The translations under genes were made by a program, and so were the position numbers. Below the pieces are notes generated by a model, which did not search any database, was not told the origin of the DNA, and saw only the letters and a list, made by a program, of their open reading frames with translations. Shown here in pieces: positions 58,065 to 64,000 of a DNA stretch of 64,000 bases (the stretch's first letter is position 1; every line of letters begins with the position of its first letter). The DNA comes from a virus. Location of the stretch: the IMG/VR virus record IMGVR_UViG_2874814951_000001, one strand, 5' to 3'.

Positions 58065-61000
58065 CTACGGCGTCGGAAAGTCTGCCGTCGAGTAGATGCC
58101 TTCATATTCGGGATCAAACCTTAGCGTGTAGGTTTCGCCGGTGTTTCCGAATAGGTCGGCTGTCATGGTTAGTTTTTCCCCGGTGTCTACCTCTGTTCCC
58201 GTGACAATGAACTTGTTGCCCTGGTTTTTCACTAGGTCAATGCTGTAGTTCTTGCCGTCTTTTTGAACAAGGATAGCGGCGGGCACCATACCGGGGCGCC
58301 ATCCTCCCGGCTCGTCGGCCCACGGTTCTTCTGTGCCTGGGCTGATTGTTTCCGGCGTTCCCCAGAAACCGGCTTTATTGACGTAAATGCCGGGGTTGTT
58401 GGGGTCTAGCTGCTGTGGTGTTGGCTGGTATTCCAGTGCTTCTTTGTCCTGTTTGGTTTGCTCCTTTCCTGTGCGTCGTGACCATGCGCCACGCTCTCCG
58501 GTGTCGATGATGTTTTTGGCCGGCTGCTTACCGGCTTTACCTTTTGGGGTATCACCTTCTTTGGCGGGGTTGTTCTCCCTGGCTTCACGTCGTGCCTTGT
58601 AAAGCTCTGACGCTCCCCATGTGCCGAACTTGTACGCTTCTTCCAGTCGTTCATCGGATACGCCGACGTACTGATTGCGCGCAAACTTCGGATCAAGTTT
58701 CAGGTCTTCGGCGATGCGGTCGGCGATTACGCGGGCATCATCCAGATTTCGGGGTGACCCGTCTGCTATCCCGGCGCTTGCTGAGACAAGTTTAATCTTT
58801 GTCCCGTCTGGGCCTTCGAACATGTAGGTGCCTAGCCCGCGTGTGGAACTCTTAATTTTGATTCCGTTGCGGACAATGCCGTTACGGTCGAATTTCTCAC
58901 CTTCGATTGCGTGGCGCTTAAGGATGCGCTGAGTAATCGACGGTGAAGTGCCTTCATTGTTCGCGGCCTTAGCTGTGCTCTCCTTTTTGATTGCTTTCCG
59001 GGTTTCTTCATCTGCCGGGATATGCGCGGTAATCGTGTCGATGTTAACGCGGCGCTCCATCTCGGTGTTGCTCCACTTGTCGCGGTAGCGGATTGTTACG
59101 GTTTTCGGCGTAACTTTCAGGACTGTCCCCCGTTCCTTACCGATCTTAACGGTGTCGCCTACCTCGATCCCATCTGTGTTTTCCAGCGTTTCTGTTAGCG
59201 CGTTGGGGTCTACCTCCTGTAGTAGTGCGCGCAATGCGTCTATTTCGTCGATGGCGTCGAAGTAGTTTTCTAGCGCGATTTCACGGGCTTCGCCGGTTAC
59301 CGGTGGGCGGCCGTCCTTGTTGGTTCCCATCAGGTCGCGCTCGGCTGCTCTCATGGCGGCCTTGCGTTCTTCGATTCGGTTGCGTAGGTACTCGGGCGAT
59401 TTATCGCGGTTGAGCGCGTTTGCTCGTGCGATTCCTGCCCTGCGGTGTACTTCTTGCGCTTCCTTGTTTGCCTGCACTGAACGGCCTAGGGAGTCCCATG
59501 CCTTTTCAATGGCGCGGCGGTGGCGGGACTCGGAATGGTGGCCAACCTTGATAGGTTCCCCGTCTGGTGGGAGCTGGCGGGAAAGTTCCTCATGGCGTTG
59601 CCATGCTTGCTCGGCTTTAGCGTCCATCCGTTCGGCTTTTGCTTCCAGCGCGTCGGCTCGGTCGCTTAGGCGCTGTGCTTTTCCGGCGCGGCGGGTGAGC
59701 GCGTCTTCCAGCTCGTTTGTGATGTCGTGGCCGATACTATTGTGGCCTTCGGCCATGAGATCGCGGCTTGTGGCGTTGATTTTCCGCATGTTGGGGCGGC
59801 TATCCCTACTGTTGGGGATATACCAGGCCCGCAGGTTGCGGCTCCATTTCCAGCCGTTCTTTTTGAGGATTGCGGCGGTTCCGTCTCCCCGGCTTGTGCC
59901 GTGGATCATGGTGCCTTCGCCCGGTTCGTGTGTAATTACAAGATCCTCGTCATGTGGGCTAGTTGTGTTCACGCCCGGCCAGTGCTTTAGCTCGCGTGGT
60001 TTATCGGGGCGGGAGATGATGCTTTCGCCGTCCACTTTCGCGGCCCATTCCATGCGCTGACGGTTTGCGAGTTGTTCGCGGGCTGCTTGCGCGTCGTTGA
60101 CTAGCCGCATGCGGGCAAACGGGTATTCCTTTCGTTCCTCTGGGTGGGTTTTTAGGTACTCAGATAGTGCGATGAGGCTTTCTAGGCTCTTTGCTTCCCT
60201 TTCGTGTGCGGTTTTTAGCAGGCGCTTTAGTTCTTCTGGGTTGTCCTGCGTTTTCTTGTAGTTGGTTTGCGACCGAAGGATCCGCGCGGAGTCTCCGGCG
60301 TCAACTGCGATAAATCGCAGTTTCTTCGCGTCCTCTGTGTTGGATGGCGGGGTAACTGGGTTTACGGTTACCGGCGCTTCTGGTTGTTCTTTCGGCGCGC
60401 TTTCGGGGGCTGGGGTGGCCGGTAGGCTGTTGTCCCCCTCGGGTAGCGGTGTGCCTTCGCTGACCTTGCGAACTGCTGGTTTCCCTGGCGTGACCTCGTT
60501 GCCGTCGCGGTCTACTAGGCCACGCCCCACGGCATCGGACAAAAGCGCCTGTAGATGCTCTTTGAGGTCTTTATGTGTGTATCCGCCGATGTCCGCGACA
60601 TAAGTACGTCGGTCATCGAGGTGAACTATGCCATCCTCATCAACCCACGCTTTAAGGCCACTGTCTTGTCGATATGGGGCCGCCCGCTTTGTCGAGTCAT
60701 CGCGGATGATTTCGTCGATGTTGTTGATATATAGGCGCTTCTTGCCTTTATCTCGTCCCTTGGTTGGCGTGAACTCGTTTACTACAAGTTTAGCGCCGTC
60801 GGTAGATGTGGCGGGGGTTGTGGCTGGCTTGCTTTCTGCCTGCTTCTTGCCGGTTTTAGCCTTGGTGGTTGGGGTTGGTTTCTTTACCTCCTTTGTTTCT
60901 GGTTTGGCGTTGAGGGTTCGGATAGCTTCGGCGATTTCCGCCTTAGTTGGGCGGTGGTTAACAGATAGTTCCCTGGTGCCGGTGGGTAGCTTGCTTGCTT

Positions 61001-64000
61001 GTGCGTTCATCCCTAGTTCGGCTCGGGTTAGGCGTCGTTCTTCTTCCGCTGTGCGCTGAGCGTTGTCGCGCAAGTAGATCGGCATACCGTTGTTATCGCG
61101 GGTGCTGAGCTTGTTCTTAACCGCGTAGTCAATCAGCGCGTTTTCTTCCAGGGTTGTTAGCTCCCCGTTAGCGTCAACGTATTCGTTAACGCGCTTGGTG
61201 AAGTCTTCCTGTGTGGTTACCCCGCTGATGCCTAGCCGGTCTGCGACAAGCTTGTGCGCTTGCTTCTTAGTGTTGCCGGTTGCGTCCTGCCTGATTGCGG
61301 CTTTAAGTGCTGCGTCCAGCTTGGCGGTCTTGTTGCGTTCAGCCTGACTTACTGGCTTAACCGCCGGTTTAGCTGGGGTAGCCGGTTCCTTGCCGTCTGT
61401 CTTGTTGTAGGTGACTGGCTGGGCTTTGGCTTTCTTGTTTGCTTCGCTTTGGGTTCGTTCGGCTTGTTTGCGGTCAACGTCGGCGCGGACTTTAGCCAAT
61501 GTTTTTTTCATTGGTTTTGTCATGCGGTGGCTGTCGAACTGTTCCATGATTCGGTAGCCGTCGGCGCTGGAAATGATGGTGAAGTCTCCGCGTTGGATGC
61601 TTCCGGTGTCGGTGATGGTTTCGCCGTCTTGTAGGTGCTGTTTAGTGAATGGTTCGCCCCGTTTATGTGCGGCTGGTTTGGTGTCCTGTTTTGGTTTCTC
61701 GGTCTTTGGTTTCGCCTGTTCTGGTTTCTTGGTGGTTTCGGTGTTGCCTGGCTTGTTTTTGGCTGGTGTTTTCTCCGTGCCTGTCTTAGCGCTGGTTGTG
61801 GTGGTGCGCTTAGTTTCTTTGTTGCCTGTGTCTTCCTTTTTGGCCTGTGGTTTGGCGGTGGTGTCCTTGGTGGTGTTGCGCTTAGCTGCCGTTGTGCGTG
61901 CCTTCTCGGTGTCCTTGTTGGGGGTCGCTGGTTTGTCGGCGCGTGCCTTACCAGCGGTTCCCTTAGCGTCGGTGGCCTTACCGTCTGCCTTATTGAGGGC
62001 TGCACGGCGGTCACGCTCGGCAATAGCCATTTCAGCGCGTCGCTTATCGTCACCATCAATAGCGGCGCGAATATCAGTGTCGGACATGCCCACCATCGCG
62101 GTAATCGTGTCTGCGAGTTCGCGGGCTTCGTCGATGTCCTTAGCGGGGTGGCCTTTGCCGTTGGGGGCGCGTTTATCGCCCTGCCCGGTTGGGGTGTACG
62201 GCTTCACCGAATAGCCGCCGTTATCGCGCGGGTAAATGATCGCCGCGTCTCGGACGATTTCGCCGTTTTCTTTAAGTTGTTCGCCCTCTTGTACCTCTGC
62301 GGCTCCCTGCTGTTTGCGGGCTTCGGCGTTGTCCTTGTGGCGCTGGTTTTCGGCGCGTGTGGCTTCTTCCAGGCGCTTTTTGAGGTTGGTTGCTTCTGGG
62401 GTTTCCGGCGTGTCTGGGGTTGCCTTGCGGGGTTTGTCCGTTGCGTCTGGGGTGTTGGTTGCCCCGGTGTTCTTTGCTTCGGCTTTTTCCTTCTCTAGCT
62501 TCTCTTTGACGGTCTGCGGGCGTGACTTCCGGCCGCCCATCGTGGCCATGTCCCGGCGCTCGTCTGGTGAGTAGCGGAACTGTTTTGGTCGCTCCCCCTT
62601 ACCATCTTCATGAAGTTGGTTTGGTTCGGCAGGAAACCAATGTTTTCTTCGATGGCGCGGGAAATTTCTTCTCCCAGCTGCACGGCCATCATGTCGTTAG
62701 TGATGGCTTCCTCGAAACTCAAGGTCACGGGCTTAAAGTTGCCGTTAGCGTCCTTGTAGAGTCCCCCGCCGTTCGGGTCGGTTTTATCGCCCATGTAAAG
62801 GCCATCGCGGATGTTGATTTTCCCGCCCTTGCCGTCATCGACGTTAAGAACGGTGTCTAGCCAGTTGTCATATTCTTCTTGCGCTGCCGGGTGGTTGCGG
62901 TAGCGTTCGTTTCCGCGTCGTGCTGCCTGTTCTTTGACGCGCTCCTTAAAGGCGTTGTCGATGGGGGTTTCCGGCGCCCACTTTTTGTAAAGGGCTGTGA
63001 GTTCTCGGATCCCGGCATACGGTAGTGCCTGGTCGATTTCGCCGCCCTCAATTTCGGGGTTGCGGTGCTGTAGTTCATCCCAAATGAAGTCGCTGTATTG
63101 GGTGTTTCCGGTGGCTGATGCGTCGGCTGCGAGTGTTTCGAGTTCGTCGCTGTCGATTTCTGCTAGGCGGGCGCGTTCTTTCTCTGCTAGTAGTGCATCG
63201 TCGAACGGGTCGAAGTTGTCGGCTGTTGCGTCGCCGAATGCTGGGGGTTCGTCGTGGAATGGGTTTGGTTCGCCTGTGTCTGTGTTCTGGTTGCGGCGTG
63301 CGTGTGCTTCCGCGTCGAGCATGAAGGCGTGATGTAGTGCCCGGTCGAATTGGTATTCGTCGTGAACGTCTGCGAACTGTGGGGGGTGTCCCCACTGTTT
63401 GAGGTTGTTGATGGCGGCTGTGAGTTCGGTTTCTACCTGGTCGGTGTCCATCGCCTGAATGTTGTTGATTTCGTCGGCGGTGGCGTTGATGGTGTCTTTG
63501 CCGTAGAGGGCTTCTAGGTTGGTGTCGTAGCCGTCTGGTTCGGGCTGTCCGTCTCGGTGGGTGCGTGGCTTGCCGGTGGTGGTGTTTACCGGCTCGTTTC
63601 GTAGGGTGCGGGCGTAGTTCGCCCGGTTGGGGATGTATCCCAGTTTGTCGATGATGGCTTGCTGTTCGGGGGTTGGTTTCCCGCCGATGGCGTTGAGCTT
63701 CTTGAATGTTTCGGGGTCGAGTTTTTCGCCGGTGACGTTTTCTAGCCACGCTGCATAGTCGGCATCGAATGTGTCGCCGTCGTAGGCGTAGCGTGCGTTA
63801 CCGGTTTTGGCTGCAAGCTGTCGCAGTTCGGCGTTTGTGTATTGTGCGTCATCGCCCATGAACATTGCTTGCGTTGCGCGTAGTTCGGTGATGGATGCGT
63901 CTTTCAGCATGGATTGCAAGATGCCGCCGTCGCGCCACGGTTGGCGGTGTTCCAGTTCTTCGCTGGCTAGGTCGCGCTGCCACCCTGGAATGAATGGGTT
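58065..64000 (-). CDS. Partial repeat copy of the giant protein, split by a 1-bp homopolymer deletion
   Basis: Matches 1009-6945 except C5 at 62594-62598. Confidence 0.8.

Larger units (their letters stand above)
57057..64000 (+). repeat. Second copy of positions 1-6945 (terminal redundancy, concatemer or assembly overlap)
   Basis: The same ORFs recur at offset 57056. The offset becomes 57055 after a C6-to-C5 change (5538-5543 vs 62594-62598). Confidence 0.98.

Overview
The window holds one complete, circularly permuted genome (57,056 bp unit) of a temperate siphovirus, followed by a second copy of its first 6,945 bp (57057-64000). The host is most likely Corynebacterium (inferred from the NrdF, the M23+GH25 lysin and the actinophage-type tail genes). 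An intact attP (3' half of a tRNA, probably Arg-CCU) lies mid-genome beside a tyrosine integrase, so this is the excised/virion form. The + strand early arm encodes xis, YqaJ/RecT, a replication initiator with an internal origin, a C5 MTase, dUTPase, NrdF, tRNA-Lys, SSB and HNH. The - strand late arm encodes a 2254-aa DUF3560 polyvalent-type protein, terminase, head, tail and lysis genes. Best leads: (1) a self-contained two-gene operon with acr-aca2 architecture at 28.5-29.6 kb; (2) the giant protein operon, with an RMF-like small protein, ahead of the terminase; (3) a genome-wide 10-bp-phased GCGCTA motif linking attP, the xis promoter and accessory promoters; (4) related promoter-leader-terminator units at late operon starts. 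Several frameshifts sit in short G/C homopolymers and are probably sequencing errors. All family assignments come from motif recognition by eye; no database was searched.
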